A stretch of DNA of 61,563 nucleotides from a virus. Lineage: Duplodnaviria; Caudoviricetes. Below are positions 36,488 through 46,612 of the stretch, one piece after another; positions within the stretch are counted from its first letter, which is position 1, and each line of letters starts with the position of its first letter. The stretch lies in IMG/VR virus record IMGVR_UViG_3300041809_002848, positions 1 to 61,563 of that record, one strand, 5' to 3'. The notes below the pieces were generated by a model. The model was not told the origin of the DNA and made no database searches. It was given only the letters and a program-made list of their open reading frames with translations. The translations under genes and the position numbers were made by a program.

Positions 36488-36919
36488 TCACGCGGCGATG
36501 TCGATGAAGAATTGAGCGACGTCGTAGTTGCCGATGCTGCGCGCCGCGCCGACGGGCGCGACGCCGGAATCGTTGGCGGCCTGAGGGTCGGCCCCGGCGC
36601 TGCGGAGCGCCGCGATGACGGAGCCATCGCCGCGCGATTCGAACACGGCCCGCCAGAGGGGCGTGTTGCCGTAGGAGTCGCGCAGGCCGGGATCAGCACC
36701 AGCTTCGAGCAGGGCCGTCGTGGCGCCGGCGGAGTTCGCCTGGGCCGCAAAGTGGAGGGGGGACCAGCCGTTGTCGTCCTGGGCATTGACGTCAGCGCCC
36801 TCGCCCAGCAGCCGCGCCACCTCGTCGACTCGACCGCTCGCCGCCGCATAGTGCAGAGGTGTGCGTCCGTAAGGATCGACTCCGTCTCGAGTCGTTCGCT
36901 TGGGCTGCTTTCCCGTCAC
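36488..36919 (-). CDS. Ankyrin-repeat protein (gene cassette)
   Basis: GRTPLHYAA, GWSPLHFAA, GNTPLWRA repeats; GAGGAG RBS preceded by a GTTGGCC R' box. Confidence 0.9.
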   Translation of the reverse strand: MTGKQPKRTTRDGVDPYGRTPLHYAAASGRVDEVARLLGEGADVNAQDDNGWSPLHFAAQANSAGATTALLEAGADPGLRDSYGNTPLWRAVFESRGDGSVIAALRSAGADPQAANDSGVAPVGAARSIGNYDVAQFFIDIAA

Positions 36920-37042
36920 GGCGCTCCTCTGTGGCCAACGGTGATTCTGCTTACTGAGCAAAGTCGGCACCAGCCTACGCCTTCGTGAGTAATGGCGGGA
37001 AGAACCTCGCAAGGTCCTTGCATACGCAGTCTGCGTAACAGA

Positions 37043-37065
37043 CGGCGTGACGAGTTTTCCATGAT
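37043..37065 (+). promoter_or_regulatory. Phage promoter motif (leaderless)
   Basis: CGGCGTGACG-AGTTTTC-CATGAT, 6 nt before ATG 37072. Confidence 0.7.
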
Positions 37066-37071
37066 GGCGGC

Positions 37072-37422
37072 ATGGTCGTTTCGCTCTGTGCCTACTGCCA
37101 CCAGCCTCTTCCGACGCGCGGTCGCCGCGGTCCGGCGCCGTCGTATTGCTGCCGCGCCTGCCGTCAGGCCGCGTACCGCGCGCGCCAACGGCAGGAGGTC
37201 CGGCTCGAGCCGCTCGGGCTCGCCGCGCAGACGATCACTCCTGTTTTGGCGCCGGCCGCAGCCGACGAGCAGGTCGCGCAGGCCATCCTCGAAGCGCGAT
37301 CGGTCGCCGGCTCCTTCATCCGCCTGAGCCGCGAGGCGCGAGTCGAGTTCGCCTGGCGCTGCGGCAAGGTCGGCGAGGCGATGCTCGACGCCATGGACCG
37401 CTACTTCCCGGAGGTTCGATGA
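37072..37422 (+). CDS. Small Zn-finger protein
   Basis: Paralogue of 3246-3602. Confidence 0.75.
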   Translation: MVVSLCAYCHQPLPTRGRRGPAPSYCCRACRQAAYRARQRQEVRLEPLGLAAQTITPVLAPAAADEQVAQAILEARSVAGSFIRLSREARVEFAWRCGKVGEAMLDAMDRYFPEVR

Positions 37423-38729
37423 CGTCCTTGACGCTCGAGACCGTGCCCGTCGGCGCGCTGTCGCTCGACCCAGCCAACGCGCGCAAGCACGGCGTGCGTA
37501 ACCTCGAGGCGATCGCCGGGAGCCTGCGCCAGTTCGGCCAGCGCCGGCCACTGGTCTGCCGGCGGGCCGGCGGGTCGACCATGGTCATCGCGGGCAACGG
37601 CACGCTCGAGGCCGCGCGCTCGCTGGGCTGGACCGAGATCGTCATCACGGTGGTGCCTGACGACTGGACCGCCGAGCAGGCCAAGGCGTATGCGCTGGCC
37701 GACAACCGCACGGCCGAGCTCGCGACCTGGGACGAGGCCGAGCTGGCCGAGCAGCTCGGCGACCTCGACGCACTCGGCTTCGACCTCAATTCGATCGGTT
37801 TCGACGGGCTCCCGGCGCTGGACATGGGCGTCGGCGCCGACGACCCAGGCGAGGTCCCGCTCGACCCGGTGTCGACGCCGGGCGACCTGTGGGTCTGCGG
37901 ACCGCACCGCGTGGTCTGCGCCTCGAGCACCGACGCCGGCGCGGTGGCGCGCCTGTTCGGCGACGAGGCGTGCCAGTGCATCATCACCGACCCGCCCTAC
38001 GGCGTGGCCTACGTCGACTCGCTCGACAAGACGATGCGCGATCAGGGCAAAGTCCCGCCGCGCCATCGCGCGATCGCCGGCGACGACGTCTCCGACCCGG
38101 TGCTCGAGGCGCTGGTCAAAGACGCGCTCGCGCTCGCCTTCGCACACGCCGCCGAGGGCGCCGGCGCCTACGTCTTCCACGCCGACGTGAAGCGCCTGCT
38201 GTTCGAGTCGTCGATGGTGCGGGCCGGCTTCCTCGTCCACCAGACGCTGGTGTGGGTGAAGCAGCGCATCACGCTCGGCCACATGGATTACCTCTCGCAG
38301 CACGAGCCGGTGCTCTACGGCTGGAAGCAGGGCGGCAAGCACGGCTGGTACGGAGGGCGCAAACGGTCGGCTCTCATCGCCGACGAGGCCCCGGACATCG
38401 CCACTATGACCGGCGCGCAGGCGCTCGAGCTCCTGCGCGACCTCTACCGCGAGACCACGGTCATCCGCCACGATCGCCCGGCCAAGTCCACGGAGCATCC
38501 CACCATGAAGCCGGTCGGGCTCCTGGCGCGCTTCGTCGTGAACTCGACCAAGAAGGGCGAGCTCGTCTACGACCCGTTCCTCGGTTCCGGCTCGACGCTC
38601 ATCGCCGCCGAGACCCAGGGCCGGCGCTGTGTCGGCTGCGAGCTCGACCCCGGCTACGTCGACGTCATCGTGCGGCGCTGGGAGAAGGCGACCGGCGGCA
38701 AGGCGGTGCTCGACCGTGGCGAAGGGTAG
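37419..38729 (+). CDS. ParB-N plus DNA methyltransferase
   Basis: DPPY and DPFLGSGST; paralogue of 3602-4909. Confidence 0.92.
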   Translation: MTSLTLETVPVGALSLDPANARKHGVRNLEAIAGSLRQFGQRRPLVCRRAGGSTMVIAGNGTLEAARSLGWTEIVITVVPDDWTAEQAKAYALADNRTAELATWDEAELAEQLGDLDALGFDLNSIGFDGLPALDMGVGADDPGEVPLDPVSTPGDLWVCGPHRVVCASSTDAGAVARLFGDEACQCIITDPPYGVAYVDSLDKTMRDQGKVPPRHRAIAGDDVSDPVLEALVKDALALAFAHAAEGAGAYVFHADVKRLLFESSMVRAGFLVHQTLVWVKQRITLGHMDYLSQHEPVLYGWKQGGKHGWYGGRKRSALIADEAPDIATMTGAQALELLRDLYRETTVIRHDRPAKSTEHPTMKPVGLLARFVVNSTKKGELVYDPFLGSGSTLIAAETQGRRCVGCELDPGYVDVIVRRWEKATGGKAVLDRGEG

Positions 38730-39219
38730 ACCGCCTGACCCTGGACGTGAGCGCCGTGGCACAGGCAACCGGGCGGCCGTCGGTCGCGCCAAGCCGGCGA
38801 CCTCTCGCGCTCTGCCGGCGCCGGCCGCGGTGGTCGGCGCCGAACCGCCGGCTGGGCTGCCGGAAGCGGTCGCGCCTGTCTGGGGAGTGTGCGTCGCCGA
38901 GATGGCGGCGAACCGCCACCTTCGGGCGTCGGACCTCATCCTGCTCAAGGCGTACTGCGAGGCGGTCGCGCTCCACGACGAGTCTTCGAACCAGATCCAC
39001 CGGCTCGGCGTGCTGGTCGCAGGTCCATCGGGGCCGATGGTCAATCCGCTGATCCGCGTGCAAAAAGACGCCGCGCAAACGATTCGTCAGCTTTCCGACG
39101 TGCTGGGCCTGAACCCGCTGGCGCGCATCCGCGCCGGCCTGCAGGAGGCGGCCGGCGCCAGTCTCGTGCTCGGCATCCGCGAGCGCCTGGTCGGCAAGAT
39201 CGTGGACGGTGGCAAGTGA
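38716..39219 (+). CDS. terS: Terminase small subunit
   Basis: LGLNPLAR; paralogue. Confidence 0.85.
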   Translation: MAKGRPPDPGRERRGTGNRAAVGRAKPATSRALPAPAAVVGAEPPAGLPEAVAPVWGVCVAEMAANRHLRASDLILLKAYCEAVALHDESSNQIHRLGVLVAGPSGPMVNPLIRVQKDAAQTIRQLSDVLGLNPLARIRAGLQEAAGASLVLGIRERLVGKIVDGGK

Positions 39220-39500
39220 GCCGCGCGCGGCTCTACATCTCCGTGGTGGCCGACGTCCTGGAGGCTCGCGACTTCCGCTGCGAGTCCTGCGGCGAGCCGG
39301 ACATCGAGCACGTGCACCACATCATCCCGGTGTCGGAGACCGGCATCTGCGCGGAGCTGGCGATCGAGCCGGCCAACATGATGGTGCTCTGCAACGACTG
39401 CCACGTCCTTTTCCACCCGGGCTCTCGCAACCGCAACATGTGGTGGCACATGCAGTTGGTCGCCGACGCGCGCGGGCGCTCGCTGGGGGCCTTCCGATGA
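39216..39500 (+). CDS. HNH endonuclease
   Basis: Protein nearly identical to 5396-5680. Confidence 0.88.
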   Translation: MSRARLYISVVADVLEARDFRCESCGEPDIEHVHHIIPVSETGICAELAIEPANMMVLCNDCHVLFHPGSRNRNMWWHMQLVADARGRSLGAFR

Positions 39501-39796
39501 GCGATCGCCCCAAAGCCGGCGAGCCGCCGGACCTCACGCAGCCGACCGAGGTCTTGCGCTTCCTGCTGGGCGTCGAGTGTCGCCGGCTCGAGGTGGCGCT
39601 CGGCATCGAGGCCAAGCGCGAGCTCGTCTTCCCGGAGACCACGGTCATCATCCGCGACATCGAGCGTCTCACCGCCGAGGTCGAGCGTCGCGACGCCGGG
39701 GCTGCCGGTGGCGGCGCCGCGGCGCCGGCCAAAACGGCGCAAACGATTCCTTCGCCGGGCTGGGCGCCGGCCGACCTCACCGGGCTGGGCGACTGA
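39497..39796 (+). CDS. Hypothetical phage protein
   Basis: Paralogue of 5677-5979. Confidence 0.7.
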   Translation: MSDRPKAGEPPDLTQPTEVLRFLLGVECRRLEVALGIEAKRELVFPETTVIIRDIERLTAEVERRDAGAAGGGAAAPAKTAQTIPSPGWAPADLTGLGD

Positions 39797-41298
39797 TGGC
39801 GCGCCGCACCGTCCGCGAACTCGAGCGCGATCGCCAGGGACAGCTGGCCGCGTCGGTCGCCGAGCTCTTCATGCTCGAGCACCTGCGCTTCACCGGCGGT
39901 GCGCTGGCCGGCAAGCCGATGCGCCTGGCGGCCTTCCAGCGCGACAACATCGTGCGACCCATCTTCGGCACCCTGGACGCCCGCGGCCGGCGCGTCTACC
40001 GCGAGGGCATCGTCGGGCTGCCGCGCTGGGGCGGCAAGAGCCAGCTCGCCGCGGCGCTCGGTCTCACGCTGATGTACACCGAGCCGACCTTCGAGGGCGA
40101 GTACTACGTTGTGGCCACCACGCGCCAACAGGCCGGCATCGTCTTCGAGAAGGCCAAGCGCATGGTGCTCATGGACGACCTGCTGCGCGGCGTCACCAAG
40201 GTCTACCGCAACGTGCTCGAGATCCCCGAGACCGGCGCCCTGTTCCGCGTGCTGCCGTGGGACGCCGACACCGCCCAGGGCTATCACCCCACGGCGGCGA
40301 TCATCGACGAGTACCACGTGCACCGCGACGCATCGATGCGCGAGGCGCTGCTGTCGGGCATGGTGGGTGTCGAGCAGGGGCTGCTCATCACGATCTCGAC
40401 CGCCGGGCCGGAGCGCAAGGGTCCGCTGTGGGACCTGCTGCGCGACACACTCGGCGAGCCGGGGCCGCACGCCGGGCCGGCGCGCCGCGACCCGCGCGCC
40501 TACGTCTACTGGGCCGGCGCCTCAGACGACGAGGACGGGCACGACCCGGCCGTCTGGCGCAAGGCCAACCCGGCGCGCTGGATAACGGCGCGCATGCTGC
40601 GCGACCAGTACCGCACCCTGCCCTTCCCGGTGTTCGAACGCCTCCACCTGAACCGCTTCCCGTCGAGCGGCACGAGCCGCGCCTACCCGGCCGAGCTCTG
40701 GGATCCCTGCGACGCGCTGCCCACCTTCGACGCCGACACACCGACCATGCTGGCGCTCGACGCCTCCTGGACGCGCGACTCGACGGCGCTCCTGGTCGAC
40801 CAGCGATCGCCGGGCGGCATGCACAACATCGAGGCGTACGTGTGGCGCAAGGACGGCGCCATGGGCCACATCGACCACGAGGCCGTCGAGGCCAAGATCG
40901 TCGAGCTCTGTCGCGAGCTCAACGTCGTGCGCGTGGGCTGCGACCCCAACTACTTCACCCGCTCCATGCTGCGGCTCGAGCACGACTTCAAGGTGCCCAT
41001 CGAGGAGTTCCCCCAGGAGAACAAGCGCATGAGCTCAGCGGCCATGACGCTGTTCGACGTGCTGCAGGAGGGGCGGCTGGCGCACGGTGGCTCGCGCGGG
41101 CTGCGCGAGCAGGTCTTGAACGCCGGCGTGAAGGCAACGCCCTACGGCTGGCGCCTCACCAAGGTCACTGACGACGCCAAGATCGACGCCGCGGTGGCGC
41201 TGGCCATGGTTGTCTACCTGGCGGAGTCGGAGGCCAATGCCTTCGCGCCGTCGTTTGCTCGCACGGGCGGCGTGCGCACCATTAGTCTCGGAGTGTGA
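39796..41298 (+). CDS. terL: Terminase large subunit
   Basis: Walker A/B and nuclease motifs as in A. Confidence 0.95.
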   Translation: MARRTVRELERDRQGQLAASVAELFMLEHLRFTGGALAGKPMRLAAFQRDNIVRPIFGTLDARGRRVYREGIVGLPRWGGKSQLAAALGLTLMYTEPTFEGEYYVVATTRQQAGIVFEKAKRMVLMDDLLRGVTKVYRNVLEIPETGALFRVLPWDADTAQGYHPTAAIIDEYHVHRDASMREALLSGMVGVEQGLLITISTAGPERKGPLWDLLRDTLGEPGPHAGPARRDPRAYVYWAGASDDEDGHDPAVWRKANPARWITARMLRDQYRTLPFPVFERLHLNRFPSSGTSRAYPAELWDPCDALPTFDADTPTMLALDASWTRDSTALLVDQRSPGGMHNIEAYVWRKDGAMGHIDHEAVEAKIVELCRELNVVRVGCDPNYFTRSMLRLEHDFKVPIEEFPQENKRMSSAAMTLFDVLQEGRLAHGGSRGLREQVLNAGVKATPYGWRLTKVTDDAKIDAAVALAMVVYLAESEANAFAPSFARTGGVRTISLGV

Positions 41299-41363
41299 CC
41301 CGCTGCATGAGGGTAGAGCCAGTCAATCGGCTCGAGGTGAGGTGCCCATCTGGACCAGCCGCG

Positions 41364-42485
41364 TCACTTCTGCTTCTTCCAGGTCGCACCGCCATTCGTG
41401 GTGGCGAGCAGCGCACTGCTGACGAAGTTCCCGTTGAGGTCGTCGGTCTCGCCGACAACCCAGCCGTGGCGCGCATCTGAAAACGCAACACTTCCGAGCC
41501 AGGCAGTTGTGCCGGAGTTTTGCCGCTGCCAGCTCCGCCCACCGTTCGAGGTAACGAGGATCAAGCCGTCGTCCCCAACGACCCAGACCTGCCTTGCACT
41601 GACTGCATCGACGCTGGCGAGGCCGCCGAAGGTCTGCCAGGCAGAAAGGGGGTAGGCGCGGCTCAACTGCATCGTCCAGTTCGCGCCACTGTCCGTGGTC
41701 GCAAAGATGACGGCGCGCCGCATCGTGTCGTTGGTGCCCACGGCCCAGCCGTCGTGAGCGTTGACGAACGCGATGTCCGCCACTTGCAGTCCGTCGACCA
41801 ACTGCTTCTTCCAGCTGACGCCGCCGTCGGTCGTGTCGAAGATGGCGCCCCCACCGGCGGTAGCCCAGCCGTCTTTGGCATTCACGAAGGAGACCGCGTC
41901 AAGGCCTCCACCTGCCGGACAAGGCCGCTCGGTCCAGCTGACGCCGCCGTCGGTCGTGGTAAGCACGGGAGCTGCGCCCCCGGCGTGGCTGCCCACCGCC
42001 CAGCCGTCGTTTGCGTTGACGAAGTCGACGGCTGCAAGGTCACAGCCCCGCGCATCCGGATGCTGCTCTACCCAGCTGGCGCCGCCGTCGGTCGTGGCTA
42101 GGATGGTGCCATGCGTCGCTGTGCCACCCACCATCCAGCCGTCCCTGGCATTGACGAAGGTGACGGCGTTCGGGATGCCGACGGTGGCCACCCTCTCCGC
42201 CCCCCAGGTCGCGCCGCCATCGTGGGTGCTGAGCACCACGCCATTGAAGGGTACGTCAAAGTCGCTTCGTTTGTATCCGGTGTCGCCCACCGCCCAGCCA
42301 TCGCTTGGGTTGGCGAAGCTGATCCCCGAGAGGCTGACAGTCTTGCGGGAGTAGCGCAGAGGCGCCAGCTTCACGAGGTGCGTCGCCGGGGGTACGGAGG
42401 TCGGCGCGGCTACGCTTAGCGGTGCGCCGGAACCACACCCGGCCAACAGCAGCGCAGCGACCAGGATGCCTAGGACACCTTTCAC
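41364..42485 (-). CDS. YCF48/BNR-repeat beta-propeller lipoprotein (moron)
   Basis: Lipobox LLAGC; repeated F.NA.DGWAVG...TTDGG.SW units; TG-c-TAAACT extended -10 6 nt before GTG. Confidence 0.88.
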   Translation of the reverse strand: MKGVLGILVAALLLAGCGSGAPLSVAAPTSVPPATHLVKLAPLRYSRKTVSLSGISFANPSDGWAVGDTGYKRSDFDVPFNGVVLSTHDGGATWGAERVATVGIPNAVTFVNARDGWMVGGTATHGTILATTDGGASWVEQHPDARGCDLAAVDFVNANDGWAVGSHAGGAAPVLTTTDGGVSWTERPCPAGGGLDAVSFVNAKDGWATAGGGAIFDTTDGGVSWKKQLVDGLQVADIAFVNAHDGWAVGTNDTMRRAVIFATTDSGANWTMQLSRAYPLSAWQTFGGLASVDAVSARQVWVVGDDGLILVTSNGGRSWQRQNSGTTAWLGSVAFSDARHGWVVGETDDLNGNFVSSALLATTNGGATWKKQK

Positions 42486-42529
42486 ACGACAAGTTTAGCA
42501 CGGCCAGTCAGCTGTCTGGCCTCGGCTGA

Positions 42530-42552
42530 CGGCGTGACGGACTTCTCACACT
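42530..42552 (+). promoter_or_regulatory. Phage promoter motif upstream of portal
   Basis: CGGCGTGACG-GACTTCT-CACACT. Confidence 0.7.
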
Positions 42553-42578
42553 AGGGCCGTCGATCGACTCGAGGTGAG

Positions 42579-44144
42579 GTGCCCGTGAACTTCAACCCGC
42601 TGCGCCTCTTCGGTGCTCGCCCACAGAAGCGTGCCTTAGACGAGTCCAGCGAGCTCTATCGCGCCCTGGCCATCTACAACCAGACGGCGTCGGGCTTCTC
42701 CGTCAACGACGAGACCGCGCTGACATCGGTCGCCGTGCTCGGCTGTCTGCAGGTCCGCGCCGGTTCCTTCTCCTCGCTGCCGCTCCAGGTCCGCCAGCGC
42801 GTAGGGCGCGATCGCGTGGAGCGCGACGACCACCCGGCGTATCGCCTGCTCTCCGTGGCGCCCAACCCGATCCTCACGGCGCCCCAGTTCTGGCGCTGGA
42901 AGCAGATCCAGGAAGACCTCGTGGGCAACGTCTTTGCGCGCGTTGTCTGGGCCAGGGGCGAGCCGGTCGAGGTCTGGCCCATGACCGGCGCGCTGCCCAC
43001 CATGAAGATGACGCCGGCGGGCATGGCCTACGCCTACTCAGGCGACGTCATCGTCCCGGCAGGCGTCTACCCGGCCAGCGAGATCCTGCACTTCAAGGGG
43101 CAGATCCTCCGCAACCCCTACTGGGGCCGCTCGATCATCAACGCCGCCCGCGACACCATCGGCCTCTCGATCGCCTCAAGTCAGTTCTTCGCGCGCTTCC
43201 TGGCCAACGGCAACCACTTCCCGGGCTACCTCTCGACCGACCAGGACTTGACCGACGAGGACTTCGAGGCGCTCACCGAGCAGTTCAAGGGCTCGGCCGG
43301 CGTGCTTAGCGCCGGCGAGCTGCGCATCTTCGACCGCGGCCTCAAGCTCCTGCAGAACGCCATGAGCTTAAAAGACGCGCAGTTGCTCGAAGAGCAGCGG
43401 TGGATCTTGGAGGAGTGCTGTCGCCTCTTCCGCGTGCCACTGCCCCTGCTGCAGGACTGGACGCACGGCACCTACACGAACGCCGAGCAGGCCGGCATCT
43501 GGTTCGGCCAGCACACGCTGCTGCCGCTGGCCGTCGACACCGAGGCGTCGATCGCGCAGCGCCTCTTCCTGCCGAGCGAGATCGCCGCCGGCTACTTCAC
43601 GAAGTTCAACATCGACTCCCTGCTGCGCGGCGACTTCGCCGCGCGCTCACAGGGCTACTCCATCCTCATCCTCTGCGGTGTGCTGTCGCCGAACGAGGCG
43701 CGCGCGCTGGAGGACTGGAACCCCTACGACGGTGGCGACGAGTACCGGCTGCCGCTCAATACCGCGCCGGCCAACCTCTTCCTCAGCGCGCCGGCGCCGG
43801 TGCCGGCCGCGGACAAGGTCAAGGCCGAGGAGGTCGCGCCCTCACCCGATGCCGCGCGCAACCTCGAGGCCGGCGAACAAGCGCGCTTCGCGGTGGCCAC
43901 CATGGTGCGCCACTCCGGCGACCTCATCGCGCGCCGCGCGCTGGAGGACAAAGAGCGGGGCCGACCGCTGACCGACACCGAGGCGTTCGCCCACCGCGTG
44001 CTGGCGCCGGTCTGTGAGTCAGCGGTCCACCTCGGCATCGTGCTGCAGCCGCGCACGCTCGTGGAGCACTTCGTCGGGCGGCGTGACGGCGACTTCATCA
44101 TGACGCCAGCTTCAACGGCGCAGGACGAGGAGGGCGCTTCATGA
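42579..44144 (+). CDS. Portal protein
   Basis: Paralogue of 9232-10797. Confidence 0.95.
   Translation: MPVNFNPLRLFGARPQKRALDESSELYRALAIYNQTASGFSVNDETALTSVAVLGCLQVRAGSFSSLPLQVRQRVGRDRVERDDHPAYRLLSVAPNPILTAPQFWRWKQIQEDLVGNVFARVVWARGEPVEVWPMTGALPTMKMTPAGMAYAYSGDVIVPAGVYPASEILHFKGQILRNPYWGRSIINAARDTIGLSIASSQFFARFLANGNHFPGYLSTDQDLTDEDFEALTEQFKGSAGVLSAGELRIFDRGLKLLQNAMSLKDAQLLEEQRWILEECCRLFRVPLPLLQDWTHGTYTNAEQAGIWFGQHTLLPLAVDTEASIAQRLFLPSEIAAGYFTKFNIDSLLRGDFAARSQGYSILILCGVLSPNEARALEDWNPYDGGDEYRLPLNTAPANLFLSAPAPVPAADKVKAEEVAPSPDAARNLEAGEQARFAVATMVRHSGDLIARRALEDKERGRPLTDTEAFAHRVLAPVCESAVHLGIVLQPRTLVEHFVGRRDGDFIMTPASTAQDEEGAS
44079..44101 (+). promoter_or_regulatory. Phage promoter motif inside the portal 3' end
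   Basis: CGGCGTGACG-GCGACTT-CATCAT. Confidence 0.65.
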
Positions 44145-45004
44145 ACTCAGAGCTTCGCATGAGGGTCGTTCCCGACCTGCGTTTTCTGACCGCCGGCGAC
44201 GGCGCGCCCGACCGCATCCAGGGCAAGGCGATCGTCTACGGCGCCGTCTCTGAGGACATGGGCGGCTGGCGCGAGGTCTTCGCGCCTCACTCGGTGGAGC
44301 TCGACTGCGACCTGCGCATGCTCAACGACCACCAGACCAGCATGGTCATCGGTCGTCAGAGCGCCAGCACCCTGGACGCCTTAGACGACGGCTCGGGCAT
44401 CGTGGTGACCGGCTACCCGCCGGACACGAGCTGGGCGCGCGACCTGCTGGTCTCGATGGGCCGCGGCGACGTCAACCAGATGTCGTTTCGCTTCCTCGCC
44501 CTGGAAGACGACATCGCCTGGGTGCCCAGCGAGGCGGCGCCGGACGGCGGCTACGTGCTGCGCACCGTGCTGCGCGCCATGGTCAGCGAAGTGTCGGTCG
44601 TGGCCATCCCGGCCTACCCGCAAACGATCGCCCTGGCGCGGGCCAGCATCAGCGGCGAGCTGCGCCGCCGTGTCTGGGCGGCGCTGCCCGGCGAGCTGCG
44701 AGAAGGCAAGGTGCTCTCCGCCGAGAACCTCGCCGCTTTGATCCAGATGCACGACCTCGCCGAGACGGTGCTCAACGCCGCCGACCCGGACTGGGCCGCC
44801 GACAGCCAGGTCGCCGGCGAGGCTACAGATGAGGCCGAGCCCGGCGTAGGCGTCGAGGGTCGGTCGGCAGCAAAGCAGGACACCGGGGAGGCCGGCGGTC
44901 CACCGGTCGTCCCGTCCGGCGCCGGTTCGGCGCGCGCCAGCGACCTCGTGGCAGTGCCCGGGGTCGGATTCATGACTGTGAAGGGAGCTGGCCGCGATGG
45001 CTGA
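44141..45004 (+). CDS. Prohead protease
   Basis: Paralogue of 10794-11687. Confidence 0.92.
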   Translation: MNSELRMRVVPDLRFLTAGDGAPDRIQGKAIVYGAVSEDMGGWREVFAPHSVELDCDLRMLNDHQTSMVIGRQSASTLDALDDGSGIVVTGYPPDTSWARDLLVSMGRGDVNQMSFRFLALEDDIAWVPSEAAPDGGYVLRTVLRAMVSEVSVVAIPAYPQTIALARASISGELRRRVWAALPGELREGKVLSAENLAALIQMHDLAETVLNAADPDWAADSQVAGEATDEAEPGVGVEGRSAAKQDTGEAGGPPVVPSGAGSARASDLVAVPGVGFMTVKGAGRDG

Positions 45005-46190
45005 CTACCGTGAAATGGAGAAGGAAGCCGGCGAGATCCGCTCGCGCAACGAGGCGCTGCTGGCCAAGGGCGCCGAGATGACCCCGGAGGACCGCGACCA
45101 GGTCATGCGCGACGTCGGTCGCATGGGCGTACTCGAGGAGGTGGCGCGCGGCCTGCGTGACGCCGAGCTTGAGACCATGCGCGCCTCGGTCGCCGGTAGC
45201 GCGCCGGTGGTGGCCGGCGGCGAGTCGCCCGAGAAGGCCTTCATGGCCGACCTGCGCCACTTCATGGAGACCGGCGTGGTGCGCGACCCGTCGGCCGCCG
45301 GCGAGGCGCGTGCGGCGCTCATCGGCGGCACGGGCGCAAACGGCGGCTTCCTGGTACCCGAGCCCATCCACGCACCGCTGATCGAGAAGTACCGCAGGCA
45401 CTCCCCGCTCATCCAGGACTGCACGGTCTTCAACATGAACGGCAACACCACCATGTACCTGCCGTTCAAGGCCACCCACGGCGCCACCACCTCCACCACG
45501 GAGACCGGGGCGCGCACCGAGCAGGCCGAGCCGACCTTCGCCGGGGGCGCCGCGTCGGCGCTGCAGGCCTTTGACTACTACACCGACCAGCGCGCCTCGC
45601 AGACGTTCTTAGACGACATCCCCGACGCCGAGCAGATGTACCTCGACTGGATCTACCAGGACTTCCTCGAGGGCATGAACGCCGACGCCGCGGTGGGCGC
45701 CGGCGCCGGCTCGCAGAAGCTCGCCGGCATCTTCGTGGCGAGCGGCACCTACCAGACAACGCTCTCGGGCTCCGCGGCGGCGCTCACCAACACGGGCTTC
45801 CTGACGCAGTTCTTCAAGCTGCCCATCAAGTACCGGGCCAACGCCAAGTGGTACCTGAGCTCGCAGAACCTGGCGATCGCCATGGGCTTTGCCTACCCCA
45901 ACCTCAACAACACGCCGCTGGTGCTGCCCAACCCCACCGACGGCTCGTTCTCCATCCTCGGCAAGCCGGTGGTCGAAGTCGACGACGCTCCCGCGATCGG
46001 CGCCGCGGCCTACCCGGTCGCCTTCGGCGATCTGGCGCGCGGCTATGCGGTCGGCATCCACAAGCAGCCCACCATCCTGCGCGACCCGTTCACCGCCAAG
46101 CCGAACGTCATCTTCTACGGCCTGGGTCGCTTCGGCGGCATCCCCTGGGATCCGTATGCGGTCGTGCTCTGCAAGAGCAACAACGTCTAA
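44997..46190 (+). CDS. Major capsid protein
   Basis: Paralogue of 11684-12853. Confidence 0.95.
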   Translation: MADYREMEKEAGEIRSRNEALLAKGAEMTPEDRDQVMRDVGRMGVLEEVARGLRDAELETMRASVAGSAPVVAGGESPEKAFMADLRHFMETGVVRDPSAAGEARAALIGGTGANGGFLVPEPIHAPLIEKYRRHSPLIQDCTVFNMNGNTTMYLPFKATHGATTSTTETGARTEQAEPTFAGGAASALQAFDYYTDQRASQTFLDDIPDAEQMYLDWIYQDFLEGMNADAAVGAGAGSQKLAGIFVASGTYQTTLSGSAAALTNTGFLTQFFKLPIKYRANAKWYLSSQNLAIAMGFAYPNLNNTPLVLPNPTDGSFSILGKPVVEVDDAPAIGAAAYPVAFGDLARGYAVGIHKQPTILRDPFTAKPNVIFYGLGRFGGIPWDPYAVVLCKSNNV

Positions 46191-46203
46191 CAGGGGGTCC
46201 GTC

Positions 46204-46542
46204 ATGGCAGACGAGGACACCGCCGCGGAGGTCGACGCCGTGCAGGCGCCGGCCGACGTAGCGCCGGAGATCGACGAGGCCGAGGAGGAGGCTCCGCGCG
46301 TCGCCGAGCCGTTCATCGACCCGACCGTCGAGGTCCGCTTCACCCGGCGCACGCCGTGGTGCGTCGGCACCGCCGAGGGAGCCAGCGAGCACGTCTTCGA
46401 GACCGACGAGGTGGTGGAGCTCCCGAGCTCCGTCGCCCACGTCTTCGTCGGCATCGGCGCGGCCGCCTGGTCGGGCGACACCGAGACCGCCGTCCTCAAG
46501 GCCGGCGAGGTGGCGACCCGCAGTCGTCGCCGGCGTAAGTAG
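46204..46542 (+). CDS. Small acidic protein after capsid
   Basis: Paralogue of 12868-13239. Confidence 0.7.
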   Translation: MADEDTAAEVDAVQAPADVAPEIDEAEEEAPRVAEPFIDPTVEVRFTRRTPWCVGTAEGASEHVFETDEVVELPSSVAHVFVGIGAAAWSGDTETAVLKAGEVATRSRRRRK

Positions 46543-46554
46543 GGCACCGTGAGA

Positions 46555-46590
46555 GGCCGCGGGAGCGTCTCGTTGGGCGCTCCCGCGGCC
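46555..46590 (+). terminator. 13-bp hairpin after the capsid operon
   Basis: GGCCGCGGGAGCG-N10-CGCTCCCGCGGCC-GTGTTT. Confidence 0.7.
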
Positions 46591-46612
46591 GTGTTTGGCT
46601 AGGGGAGGCGTC

